This document shows, piece after piece, positions 25,410-38,851 of a DNA stretch of 64,000 bases. Within the stretch, counting starts at the first letter, position 1, and each line of letters opens with the position of its first letter. The position numbers and the translations under genes were made by a program. A model generated the notes under the pieces. That model saw nothing but the letters and a program-made list of their open reading frames with translations, searched no databases and had not been told where the DNA came from. The DNA is from Malacoraja senta (Eukaryota): NCBI GenBank assembly GCA_038087875.1, contig CM075981.1, positions 68,386,001 through 68,450,000 of the forward strand. The letters run 5' to 3'.

Positions 25410-25506
25410 AATGGACACAAAATGCTGGGGTAACCCAGCGGGACAGGCAGCATCTCTGGAGAGAAGGAATGGATGACGTTTCGGGTCGAAATGCTTCTTC
25501 AGGCTT
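25410..25506 (-). mobile_element. PLE terminal-unit fragment with 12-bp TSD
   Basis: CATAAGCTTGAT at 25398-25409 and 25507-25518 flanks the PLE terminal unit. Confidence 0.75.
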
Positions 25507-27354
25507 CATAAGCTTGATGAATTACATTTTGGATGACCAGCGAGAAAGACACATGTAACTTGGAAATTAGAATGTAGATGAGGTAGACAAACTAAAAGAA
25601 CAAATCTTAAAATGTGAAGGCATGGATTAATAACCCCAATGATTAAAGCAAATCAAACTTTTTTGTTTATTATTAAGGACTAGAATTGAAAAGCAGAACT
25701 GTTCTGCTAAACTGTATGAAAGCTTGCTTAGTTTAGTTTTTAGTTTAGTTTAGAGATACAGCGCGGAAACAGACCCTTCGACCCACCGAATCCGCACTGA
25801 CCAGCGAACCCTGCACATTAACACTACCCTACACACATTAGGGACAATTTACATTTACACCAAGCCAATTAACCTACAAACCACAGGTCCCCCCAGCTAA
25901 ACCTCCTCTTTTCTACACTTTCCCAAGTGTTGTCTGTCTCCCCTCCACAATGATAGACTTGCCTTTCTATTGAAATGTACCTCAGATGGTTCTCAGTCCT
26001 CATGCACCTTGTTACCTCTCACTCCTCCTTCCTGGCAGACAAGGTCTTGCCATTCGCTTCAGTCTAATACCACAGAAGCTCTCCCTGAGCAGAAATGAGA
26101 CCGGTTTTGCTGTACCTGGGGTCTATTGAGTTACAGGAGATTAAGGCTACTTTAATCACTGCTAGTTTTTGGTGTAGGGCAGGAGAGTTGCACTAGTGGG
26201 GAATGGAGATTGGAATCGATGGAGATGTAAGAGAAAAATTGGATTTGTGTAGAAGATTCCTTGCTAATTTGGCTGAAGCCCTGTGTGTGCCACATGTTAG
26301 GAACGAAGTGAAGGCCTTTGGAGTGGGTGCAGGAGATGTTTACTAAAAAATGGTTCTAGGGATGGGGAGAGTAGACTAGAGCTGCTGGAGTTAAACTGTT
26401 TGAACTGAAGAGGTTGTCAAAGAGATCTGATTGAGATATACAAATTCATTAAGGGTGTATGCAAGAGTTAATAAAGAAACTGTTCCCATTGGCAGAGGAT
26501 CGAGAACCAGACATGCGATGCAGATAATTGACAAAAAGGGCCAAAGGTGACATGAGATAGTGATTCCAACTACAATTAGTTTTCAAGATCTGGATAACCT
26601 GGCCAGGGGTAGCAGTAGACACTGACTCAAAAGAGAGCTGGATAAGTCCCTGAAGAAAATAATTTGCGAGGGTGTGGTGTCAGGGAGACTGATGGATGGC
26701 TGTGTGGTGTGAGGGAGACAGTATGACTGGCTGGATTACTCTTTACATAGTATCGGTACAGACTCGATGGGCTGAGTAGCCTACTTGTGTACGGTAAGCA
26801 TTTTATGATACCGTTACCAAGGAGAGGGATGGAGTTGGGATGTTAGAAAATTGAATTTATAACATTTATAATTAAAAGCAATGTTTCCAAATATTTCCTT
26901 TACTTCGTTGGAAGAAACATCTGCCCATGCAGCAATGGTAACTGGCCTGACAGAACATGAAAGGTTCAAGGGAGATGGGGTTGTCCTGGAGATGGGAATT
27001 AATAGCATAAACAAAATCTGGAGGGGGATGGTAGGGTGTTAGTATATAGGATGCAACCAAGGATCGTACATGGTGGGAGACCAGAGTTGTTAACAAAGCC
27101 AAGGAAAAATAAACCCATTGCAGGTCCAACTAGCTATGACTGCATTGGTGTGACAAGTAAGTGCAGTGCCAGCCACGCAGACAGATGTGGAGAGACATGT
27201 GTAGGAAGATGATGTTTTCACCAAGGTGCCAGTGCAACAAGGGCCAGGGCCAGGAATCCTAGCACAAGTGCATAAGTATACACACAAGAAAATAGGAACT
27301 TGAGTAGACTACCTGGCCCTTCAGACCAACCAGCCATTCATCATGATCATAGTT

Positions 27355-27528
27355 CTTCTTCTTATCAAGTCCACACACAAGATTAGAAGTTGTTCAGCCA
27401 TGCTGAACACACTTCTCGGCATCTGCATGCAATGGTGTCTGTCTTGTAGATTCTTGTTGTTCTTGTGCGTGGTGGTGGAAAGATTGGTGGAAACAGGGCC
27501 ACGACGTGAATGCTCTTTCCTTGACCCC
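27355..27528 (-). mobile_element. Short retroposon with a 5' HDV-like ribozyme fold, (AAG)n tail and 12-bp TSD (family B)
   Basis: TSD ATGATCATAGTT / ATAATCATAGTT at 27343-27354 and 27529-27540. The minus strand starts GGGGTCA A GGAAAGA GCA TTCACGT CG TGGCCCT G TTTCCA CCAA TCTTTCC. Confidence 0.75.
27477..27528 (-). ncRNA. Minimal HDV-like ribozyme (P3 damaged in this copy)
   Basis: P1 GGGGUCA/UGGCCCU, P2 GGAAAGA/UCUUUCC, L3 UUCACGU, J4/2 CCAA. Confidence 0.65.
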
Positions 27529-29667
27529 ATAATCATAGTTGATCTGCCCCAAACTTAATCTCCTCTTCTGTGCCACATCCCCACTCCCCTCAATTCCCCG
27601 ATTTTCCATAAAATATCTCCCTCCTCCTCTTTAACATCCCAGTGATCCAGCCTCCACAATCCTCTGGCATGGAAATTCAAAAGATCCACCCCCTTTGTGA
27701 GAAGAAATTCCTCCCCACCTTAATTTTGAATGGCCGTGTGCATGTCTTATAGCTATATCTCCTCATTCAAAGCACCCCAGCATCCATCTTGTCATGATGC
27801 ATGTGTGTACAAAATCATTAGAGGAATAGATCAGGTACACACACAGAGTCTTTTGCCCAGAGTAGGGGAATCAAGAACCAGACAAGATAGGTTTAGGTGA
27901 GGGGAGCAAAATTAATAGGAACCTATGGGATAACTTTTTCACACAAAAGGCGATGGGTGTATGGAGCGAGCTGCTGGAGGAGTTACAGTAGTTGAGGCAG
28001 GTACTTTCGCAACGTTTAAGAAGCAGTTGGACAGGTACATGGATAGAACAGGTTTAGAGGGATATGGGTCAAATGCATGCAGGTGGGACTATTGTAGATG
28101 GGACATGTTGGCCGGTGTGGCAAGATGGACCAAAGGGCCTGTTTCCACGTTGTAAGACTCTATGTCTCGATGACTCTATGCCTCTTTAGGGTTTTACATC
28201 TTTCATTAGTAATAACCCTATTTCCAGGAATTCAGTCAAGGAATTCTGAGAAAAATTACTCAATTCTTAGGGGTGGATGCAACTTTTGGAGAATCTTCAA
28301 CTGCACCACAATATTAGAGATAAATTCCCAATCTTCCAATCTACTTTATATGGTTGGGATGATAACCTGATCTTCCAATCTACCTCGTTATGGCACTTGC
28401 ACTTATTTTTTAATCAGCACATTCTCTGCGACACTATATTCTGCACTTTGTTTCCTTCCTCATTTGTACGGCCTGATATGATTTGCCTGAATGGCATGTA
28501 AACAATGTTTTTTCACTGTATCGAGTACAGGTGACAATAATAAATCAGTACCAATACTGATATCATAATGAGGACAATATATTTTATGCTGTACATGTGA
28601 GTGTGCATGATATTCCCCATTGCTACCATCTGCCTCAATCTCTCTAACTCAGCGCCTGCCACTGAATAACTGGCCTTGTGATGCACTAGCCACCTGGATA
28701 CCTGTTTGCAAAGCAGCAGTATTAAGCCATTGAGATCACAGTGAATGATAGGAAAGTAGGATTACAACAGATAAGCTCTATTTTGCCCGCAAAACAAAAA
28801 TGATAGCAACATGATCCGAAGAAAAGGCAGCAACTGTATGGCACTCCGATAGTTGAGTCCAAACAGCTTAATGTGGCAATAACCTACTGCTATCTATGCA
28901 ATGTATTCTGCCCCATGCCAGGCTCATGGTGTCTAACGTTGCTTTTTGAATTAAAGTTTAAACGCAGATTAATAAATGCAGCAGGCATTTGACTTAGCAA
29001 GCAACTAAGGAGGTTTAACTAATGGGTTTGAAATATTAACAGAATAAATGAAAATGATAAACAGAGTATTCTATTGGATGTGGAGAGGATGTTTCCACCA
29101 GTGGGAGATAGCCTCATAATTAAAGACGTTCTTTTAGGAAGGAGATGAGGAGGAATTTATTTAGTCAGAGGGTGGTGAATCTGTGGAATTCTTTGCCACA
29201 GAAGGCTGTGGAGGCAAAGTCAGTGGATATATTTAAGGCAGATAGAGAGATTCCTGATTAGTACGTGTGTCAGAGGTTATGGGGAGAAGGCAGGAGAATG
29301 TGGTTAAGATGGAGAGATAGATCATTCATGATTGAATGGCGGAGTAGACTTGATGGGACAAATAGCCTAATTCTACTCCTATCACTTATGATCTTATTCC
29401 TCTGGTAAGAAATAAAGTTGGCGTAAACATAGTGGTGGCTTCGGCCCAAAGTAAGCAAGGTATTGTGACTAGTGCAGTTGTTGCTGCAATGCAGACATTG
29501 CTGCTGCCAATTTGCATGTTACAAGGTACCACAATGTGACAATGATCAAATAAATGTCAGTGCAGTGTAAGAGCTAAACGGAGAGAAGTGCTGGCTTTGA
29601 ACTGGACTTGCACCCACGGCTCACTGACCTTATGGTGGGTCTACTAACTGGTCCTAGGATGGGAGTT

Positions 29668-29882
29668 GTGTAGGAAGGAACTGCAGATGCTGGATAGACA
29701 CAAAAAGCTGGAGTAACTCAGTGGGACAGGCAGCATCTCTGGAGAGAAGGAATAGGTGATGTTTCGGGTCGAGACCCTTCTTCAGACTGGTTAGGGATTA
29801 GAGATGCCGACTGGTTAAGGTTAGGGATACAGCTGTTCCAGAGGTGGAGTACTACCAGCTGAACCGCAGTTACTCCAGCATT
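29668..29882 (-). mobile_element. PLE terminal unit with a rearranged fold-back end
   Basis: Begins gtgtaggaaggaactgcagatgctgg...gtttcgggtcgagacccttcttcagact and ends with inverted gttactccagcatt. Confidence 0.7.
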
Positions 29883-30154
29883 ACACTCTCGCATTTGGCA
29901 TCCTGTCAGAACCGACAGGCTGGTTTGAAACCCCTGTTTAGTTCAATTGCTGTCGTTTTTATTTCTAATGACTGCTCATTTGATTCTATGCTGGGGCAAA
30001 GTTCCACGATCACTAACTACAAACTCATATCTCAGCTCCAGCATGTTTCTTCTTGTGAGAGCATAGACTGTAAACCCTTGCTTCTTGATTTCCTCTCGCA
30101 GTGGGGGGGATCTGCTTGCTGGATTGATGTTTGGCCAAGTATAATGCTTGGCGT

Positions 30155-30580
30155 CTTCCATTGCCAGATAAGGCCACACGCAAACTGAAGGAACAACACC
30201 TCATATGCTGTACCGTACCTCACCCCACAGGCACCCATTTCTCACACTAGCCTGCCCCTCTTTCTCCCTCATTTCCCCCTTCTTGCTAACCCTCTAGCTT
30301 TACCTTACATTCTACTTCTCTCCTAATCAGAGGCCCTTTTGTCTCCATTTCATCTCCAGCTTTTGTCAAAATAACTGCCAATGAAACCCTCCTCACCTGT
30401 ATCCAGGCTTTGTCCTGCCCCCACCTCATATTCACCTTCGCCCCCAACTACAATCAGTCTAAAGATGGGTCGCAATCTGAAAAGTTGCCTATCCATTCCC
30501 TCCACAGTTGCTGTCTGACCCGCTGAGTTACGCCTGCACTTTGCGTTTTGCTCAAGATTCCAGCATCTGCACTTCCTTGT
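30155..30580 (+). mobile_element. Penelope-like element 3' fragment
   Basis: cattgccagataaggccacacgcaaactgaaggaacaacacctcata (GIY-YIG C-terminal remnant), followed by the terminal unit. Confidence 0.65.
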
Positions 30581-33500
30581 ATCTCTATTATTTTATCAAC
30601 CTTGGAGATGAAGAATTCCTGCCCACCTTTCATTGCCAATGCATTAATATGTTGAACAGCAGAGACCCACAGCAACTAGGCATGTGCCTCAAAGGTGCAG
30701 CAATCCGGGTTCGATGCTGACTTCAGATGCCGTTGCATAGAGTTTGCATGTTCTCCCTGTGACCAGATGAATTGCACCGGATGCTCTGGTTTTCTTCCAA
30801 ATCCCCCAAAATGTGTCGGATGGTAGGCTAACTGGCCTCGGTAAACTACCTCTCATGTGTAGATGAATGATTTAATCTGAGGAGAATGGATGGAAATGTG
30901 GGAATAATAAAGCGATTGTGGTAAGATTAGTGTAAGATGGGGTAAGATGATGGTCAACGTGGACTCTGTGGGTTGAGGGGCACGTTTCCATAATGTTTCT
31001 ATGGCTCTATCACCATTTATGCTCTTATTACACTCAATAATCTCAAGGAACAAAAATAAAGCATTTACATAGCTCCTTCCATTGAATCTGGAGATGCCAA
31101 CGTGCTTTTTAGTGACTAAAGTACTTTTGAAATGTCGTCCCTGTTATATCATGGTATACTTGCCCAGAGGAAACTCCCACAATGTGCAATCTGATAATGA
31201 CCAAATAAGCTGCTAACTGTAATAAATCTTGACCAGTACACTGAGGAAAACTGCTCTTCCTCAAAATGGTGCCCTGAGATCACTTATGTCTACCTGAGAA
31301 GGCAGCCAGGGTCTCGTCTTAACCTCACCTTCTGATGTGCAGCTTTCCTCTCACGACTACAGCAGAATCTCTATCAAATGCAATTAGCTCCATCACTGTA
31401 AATAACGCTGAATTTTCCCCCAAAATGATCAAATATATCTAAAACTGCAAGGTGCCTTCAGAGGATATCCTGTTATTTTTAGTGCATGAGTAGACTCAAG
31501 GATTACAATTCTATCTTCACCCACCATTGGTATAATAACAATGGTGACCATCACCAGCCCCCCTTTCTACAATGCAATCTATGTCATTCTTCAGACACTA
31601 ATTAGACTGGCCATCCAGGGAAAGGTATTCTCATTTCTTCCTTATTACTTAACATGGCAGTTGTACCCAGGATCATTGAGCCAAAACAATGAGCAAGTTG
31701 CAATATTGCTACATTTGTCATGTGGTTCTGCTATATTTTTAGAGATGCAATATAACACTTTTCATTAAAATAAGTTACGCTGTGTAAACTAACAGAAATA
31801 GTTTGCTTGTATGATTAGATGTTGGAGCCAAGGGCAATTCTCTCAGGATTTTACTCTATTAGATAAATAAGGAGAGTAAAATCCACAAAGATTCCTCTTT
31901 TGTCACAGCACATTAGTGCTTGTGTATCAATCACAGAAAAATTGGATACGACTCACTGCCAATGAGTCTATTACTGGAATCATTGCACCTTTAATTATGT
32001 TTGCTTGGGACGGTTCCAAAGGAAGAGAGAAACATGAAGGAAGACCGTCCGACAGTCAAATTATCTCATTCATCTCTTCATTATCCTTTGATGATTAATC
32101 TACTATTGACGTCCTTTCTCCACATGCTCTGTAACTTTTCTACCAGCCAAGGTTTCTGCTTCAGATTGCAGCTGAGATGAAGGTGATCAGCGGTCTTATA
32201 AATGGAGGCATTGTTGCATTCTGCACTTGGGAATCACATTCACCTCCCTCTGGCATCAGGCAGAAATAGTATCCAGGGGCTTTTCACAATTAACAATGGC
32301 CTATTTCCTTTATCATCATTACTTTTTTTGCATATCGTTCATTCATTTGTTCTATATCTCTCTATTTCACCGTCTATATCGTTCATATCCATTTCCTCTG
32401 ACTCTCAGTCTGTAGTAGGGTCTCGACATGAAAAGTCACCTATTCCTTTCCTCCAGAGATATTGTCTGATCCGTTGAGTTACTCCAGCTTTTTGTGTCTA
32501 TCTTCGGCTTTAGACTCTGATGGAAATGGCTCATCGGCTGAAAGGTGCCGAATGTTTTGCAGTCTCGGGATTATCCAAAGATATGTCATTTGGGGGATTT
32601 TGTTTGAAGATTACTGGATCAAGAGGTCATTGGGGTCTTGGTGCGAACTCAGTGGGCCGAAGGGCCAGTTTCCGCGCTGTATCTCTAAACTAAACTTAAC
32701 TAAAAATCGCCTGTCCATTCCTTCCACACATGCTGCCTGAACCACTGGACTCCTCAAGCACTTTGTTTTTTGCTCAATGTCAGTCTTCAATGCACCATTA
32801 TCTCCCTGCGTGATTTCAGACCCTGTATGCCTGTCATTCTGTTTAGTTCAATTTTAATACAGTAAACTATATTCCCCCAAGTTGTAACTATTTCATGTGT
32901 TCTTTTAAAAAAAAATTGGGATAAGCCAAAAAGTCGATTAGGAGTGAAAAATCAGTCATGGTGCTTGGTTGCAAGCCAAAGTCGAGAGCGGGTGACTTTA
33001 CATTTACCCACAGCAGGAAGAGATTGCCCTGAAACCCTCTGACCGCCAGTGTTTCTACCTCACCTCAAGTCAAGAGAGTTTACTGCCATGTGTCCCAGAT
33101 AGGACAATGAAATTCTTGCTTGCTGCAGCACAAAGGAATATTGTAGGCATAAATACAGATCAGATCAGTGTGTCCATATACCATAGAATATATATATACA
33201 CACACATAAATAGACAGATAAATTACAATAGGCTGTAATAGTTCAGAGTTTGTTTGAAGTTGTGTTTAATAGTCTGATGGCTGTGGGGATTACTGCCTTT
33301 GTTTCAGTAATCGGCCTTCTCCACGTCACGGTGTGGAAAGCCAAACGAGCGGATGGCAACTCTCATCACCATCCCTCTCAACAATCCACCTCCATTCACA
33401 CGCAGAGAGCTGAGGAAGTACAGAGATCCATTGCTTTGCGAGAGAGCAAGAATAGATCATCCCTTCAGTTTGCAGGTGAAGGTGCTCACAGTGGTTTGAT

Positions 33501-34949
33501 TTCATTTCCCTCACTTTCAGTTTAAAAGGCAAAATATAAATGTTAATCAAGCGAATGATAAAAAACAATTAACTGCTTGAATAAAAAGAATTAACCAAGT
33601 GATTCAGGATTTTAAATGTCAAACAATGTCTGTCTTTAGGACAATCCAATTGGAAAAATAATTTGTCCTTTTAAGTTAACAATCTGCATTAAAATCTTTT
33701 CTGGACTTTTCCTCTGCATTTTTGTAACTTCCTCCAAATCTGCACCTTAAATCTGTTTTCCTCCAGGTGCAGCGTTCAGTACATCCCCATGCTGGAGTAA
33801 CACAGCGGGACAGGCAGCATCTGTGGAGAGAAGGAATGGGTGACTCTTTCGGGTCAAGACTGAGAGTCAAGGGAGAGGGAAACTAGAGATATGGATGGGT
33901 ACAAAGAGCATGTAAGGTGTGCAAAGGAGCACTGCGATTTCCTAAACATAAAAACTTACAGAGAGAGAGATGTGACACGGATAGAGGCAGAGTGATATAG
34001 ACTCTGTCGGAGAGCGCCAGAGACCCAGGTTCAAACCTAACCTTGGGTGCTGTCATTGTGAAGTTTGCATGTTCGCCTTGTGACCATGTGAGCTTCCTCT
34101 GGGTCCTCCGGTTTCCTCCTACATCCCAAAGTTGTATGGGTTGGTAGGTTAATTGACAACTAATGGTGAGTGGTAAAATCTGGGGGGTTTTGAAAACAAT
34201 GTTGGGAGAATAAAAAATGGGATTAATGTAGGATTAGAGTCAAATGTGTGCTTGATGGTTGGGGTGGACTGTTTACATGTGTAGATGAAATGTCCCGACC
34301 CATAATGTTGACTATCCATTTCCCTGGTGGGAAATGGTGCTGTCTGTCGTGCTGAGTTCTCCCAGCAGTTTGTTTTTGCTCCCAATTCCAGCATCTCCGG
34401 TCCCTCGTGTCTCCTGTGTCATTATTGTATTTCTCGAAGGGTTTATGACGTAGGCTATTTCTATACCAAGAGAGATTTTCTGAAAGCCTCTCACTAAACA
34501 TAGTTGCAATGTACATGCAGACATATTACAACTTTAAAAGGTTACATACACAACTTTAAAAGCAATATATGCAACACAATCTGTTTTTGAATTCCTAAAT
34601 ATTCCACTAGGCTTTAGCTTTAAGCCTGGGTGACACTGACAGTTACAGAAATCTAATTGAGAAGAAATCTAATCCCAATAATATTTGTATCAAACCAGTC
34701 CTGCTGGCATTTGGACATAGTGCCAATTGCTCCTTTCCAAACCACAAGACTCATTTAATTTAAGTCAAATTACCTCAATGATGTTGCTGCCAGTTGTGAT
34801 TTCAATGATCTGCATTAAGTAGATGGCTCACCATATATTGCTTGGGTATCTTGGAGCTTGTGATGTTGAGCCATTTTGATGTATTATTCTGACCGAAATG
34901 GACTTTACTGGCTATCACAGCTTGGCTTGGCAATTGCTATCTATCCCTA

Positions 34950-35800
34950 TGATGACCCTTGGACTATCCTTGATCGGACTTTGCTGGCTTTACCTTTCAC
35001 AAAACGTTATTCCATTATCACATATATATATACACTGTAAATGGATCAATTGTAATAATGTATTGTCTTTCTGGTGACTGCTGAACAAGCAACAAAACGC
35101 TTTTCACTGTACCTCGGTACACGTGACAATAAACTAAACTGAACTGCTTTGCCCAAGACTGCAGGGAATTTCCAGAAGGTTGTGGATGCAGTCCATCACG
35201 CAAACCAGCCTGCCCCCTCATACACCCAATGACTATCTACACTTCACATTGCCTCATGCAAGCATCCAAAATAATCATGGACCATTGTTTCCTCTTCACC
35301 CTCCTCCCGTGGGACAGAAGATACAAAAACTTGAAAGCAGGTTCCACCAGATTCAAGAATAGCCTCTTCTACTCTGTTTCTCAGACTACATAACACACTT
35401 CTTATATGTTTAAAAAACAACACAAAATGCTGGAGTAACTTAGCAGGTCAGGCAGCATCTCTGGAGAACATGGACAGTGATGTTATGGGTCAGGTCTCTT
35501 CCTCACTCCTTTATTCTCCAGAGATGCTGCTTGACCCCTTGAGTTACTCCAGCAGTTTGTATCCTTTTCTGGTTTCTAAATCTTATATACTAAGGATGGA
35601 TGTATTTGCAACCCCCAATCTATCTCATTGTACTCCTTACACTCTTTCTTTTATCTGTACTTTCCCTGTTGCTGTAACACTATATTCTGCCGAGTTTGTT
35701 TATAATCATGTAAGGTTGATTTACCTGGATAGCATGCAAAACAAAGTTTTCTATTGTATCTCGGTACATATGACAATAATAAACCAATACCAATAATAAA
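34950..35800 (+). mobile_element. Cluster of Rex1-like LINE 3' ends, with a PLE fold-back (~35412-35570) inside
   Basis: Tails ...tttcactgtacctcggtacacgtgacaataaa occur twice. Inverted arms tgctggagtaact...gcagcatctctggagaa and ttctccagagatgctgc...agttactccagca. Confidence 0.55.
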
Positions 35801-36155
35801 TATCGGTAAGTCAAACAACCATTTATCCTGCTCAAAATGTGCTTTATAGGGATGTTCTATATATGGCTGGCTCAGAGACATTGACAAGGAGGTGCCATTG
35901 CTCAGAGCAGAGGTGTTGCCCTGCATTGTACAATGTACCTGCTGCATTATTTACAAATGGGATGAGAAACAGATGTTCTGCACATTTGGGAATGCATGTT
36001 TTCCCAAGAAAACAACTGTTAAATCAGGGACTGGAATTTGATAAGATTGAGAAGCATTGAGGGAGTCAAGAAACATGGAGATAATGCAAGAGTGGAATTT
36101 GCCTCGTCCTGTATTATAACATCTATATCCTGTACCTTCACCATATAAAGAGTAA

Positions 36156-36670
36156 AGGGGCTGTCCCACTTGGGCGACCTAATTGGCGAGTTTAGAAGAG
36201 TCTAGGAGAGTTTGAAAAAATGTCCTGTTGAAGACCTCCTTCGACAATGTAGAAGACCTCCTTCGACTATGTTGAAGACTAGCTTCGACTAGCTACGACT
36301 AACTTCGGGAAAATTGGACACCGAATAGTGGAGAGTGAAGACGATCTCCTTCGATCTGCGACCTCCCTTCGACTATGATGAAGGCTCTCTACGACTACCT
36401 TTGACTACCTTTGACTACTCTCGATACACTACGACTAACATGCCGACCTACTATGACCTACTACGACTAAACCTAGGAGTAAAAAAAGTATTGATTTTTT
36501 CCATGGCAACCTTTTTTCCGCTGAGGCCTCGAGTACACGGGGACCACTCTCGAGCATGAAGGAGAGTTACAAAGACCTCCTACGACCTTGTGTCGACCAT
36601 GCTGCGAGTATGAGTCGAGGGCAAACTTACCAGAACTCGCGGATTATGTCGCCCAAGTGGGACAGCCCCT
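36156..36670. mobile_element. PIF/Harbinger-type MITE
   Basis: 23-bp perfect TIR AGGGGCTGTCCCACTTGGGCGAC (37 bp imperfect). TAA TSD at 36153-36155 and 36671-36673. No transposase ORF. Confidence 0.85.
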
Positions 36671-38851
36671 TAACACCCTATTTGCCATTCTACTTTCCAT
36701 ACCTGTTCATGATATTTTAAAGAAATGGAGTTCCAGAGCTCTTTGGATCTTCACTGCTTCATGGATTTCATTTTGAAAGGATAACTGACCTATTCTTTAA
36801 AGATCTGAAATGCTGACCTGCTCTGAAGTCCAGGTGCTGCAACTGCTTCTCCTTCATTTGATCTGTTAATATCGCCTTGTAATGTAAAGTTGTCAACCAC
36901 TCTGCTTATAGAGCTGTAAATCTCCGCTCTTGTTTATTGACAATTTTGGATACGTGACTCTATTTCACACCATCTGAATTAATTATTACTAATAACAGCT
37001 TTTGAGCAGCTTTTGTCCTGCCCCTGTTTCTGTCACGCAAGCCTCTGTGCTGATGAGGTGCTGGAATATAAAGAAGCTGGAATAGGCCATTCAGCCCATC
37101 ATATCTACTCCATGATTCAATAAGATCAAGACTAACTTTTTGTTACCTCAACCTAACTTTCACAATCACAATCACAATCACCCTGCATCAACCAGTTTTG
37201 TTTTATTCCCTAATTGTCTTACGATCTTAACAAGTCCATGTCCTTATTTAACATTAGGATATCTTCTACTATAAATACTGACCCAAATTATTTTTTAATT
37301 ATTTCAGCTTACTTCATCATTTTCTTCGCACCTTGCTCCTAACCTAATTATGAAAATGTTTGCATTGATTTTTATATCCCTAGAATGTGCTTGTCCAGAT
37401 TCCTGTTTCTTTCTTACAACCTGGTTTGTCTCCTTTTTGTTGCTCTTTGCATTAGTCTACATTTGTGCATTGTGAACACTGACTTATAGACACATCCACA
37501 AGAGTCTACAAACTTTGTGTTTTGAGACTCATAGAGTCACGGAGCTGTACTGCCACGAAAACAGTCCATTCGGCCCAGCTTGTCCATGTCACCCAAGTTG
37601 GGTAGATGAAGCTAGTCCTTTGCTTGTATTTGCTTGTATTTGCCCCATGCCCCTCTAAACCCTTCCACTCTTGGAAGGTGATGAACCCAAAGGAAGAGCT
37701 GTGATGTGGATGTCATGGTAGTGAACCCATAAGTGCCACACCCAGTTGTGGAGGTGGGTCCAGCAGATGGGACTGATGGTGGTCCTCTTTGGCCGGACTA
37801 GGAAGACTGCTTCAAGGCAAGCAACCACTGTGCTCCCGCAACCCACAGATGAATGGCTTTAGATGAAATTAGGTGCCAAAACCATCCAGTCTTGGACAGC
37901 AGAGGTGTTAAAAAATGTATGTGGCAATTAGTGATGGCTGAAAGATGTGCACTCTATTCCAACTGAGGTGCCACAAGGATGCGTGAGACGATAAGGATAA
38001 AGCCGACTCCAGATTCGACACTCCCTGCACCCTAGATCGCACAATGGCGCCTCCTATCAGGACAACAAGATGCCTGGTAGGAGCAGATTAAGATAGCAGA
38101 AAGTTCGCCACTCATCCTGTTGTGTCCCAGGTGAAGCACAATCAGTCAGGACGAGGCCCACAGGTGCAAGTATGGATAATTAAACTATAACGCTCTTGTC
38201 CATAATGTAAATTGTATATCAGGTGATTGATGAATTAGATTAATTTAGAGGGCCACTTTTATATCACACAGGCTGCATTGATAATAACACAATTTTGAAC
38301 TGGAACCAGCCCGATAGTAATCAGACTCCTTGTCTCTTTAGAGTACAGAATGCCCATTTCGGGAGCCCTATTAAGAGAGTTACGGTGGAAATTAACAAGG
38401 AATCGTGCTCCTGATATTTGTGCAACGATACTCTATTAAATAATGTAACACATTGTTCTTTATCTTCTTAACTGCAAGAGCAAAATAAATTCATAGCTTT
38501 TATAAAGACATTTACTTTGAAAACCTTGTGGGAAGAATAACTTTATTATTGCGAGTCTGAAACTCTCCAGCCCCTGACTCCCTTTTTCCCCACTCACACA
38601 ATTGTTTTGAGAATGCAATTTTCTATAATGTGAAGTTTCTTGGGAATGTAGCCATCGTGTTACAGCATAATGATGTATAACTGGGGGACCTTGTGCCCTA
38701 GTAGAACAAATAGTTTGTTTATCCATTTTATCCATTTTGTTTTCCAGTACCGATGGAGGGTGAGAACATATATGTACCAAGTTATAGTGACTTATAAGTT
38801 ATATAATTATAGTATTATAGTTATAGTTACTGTATATACAAGTTATAGTGA

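Noticed and set aside
36225-36475. Short repeats with spacers resembling a CRISPR array
   Set aside because: Irregular degenerate repeats inside a TIR/TSD-bounded MITE in a vertebrate genome, with no cas genes.
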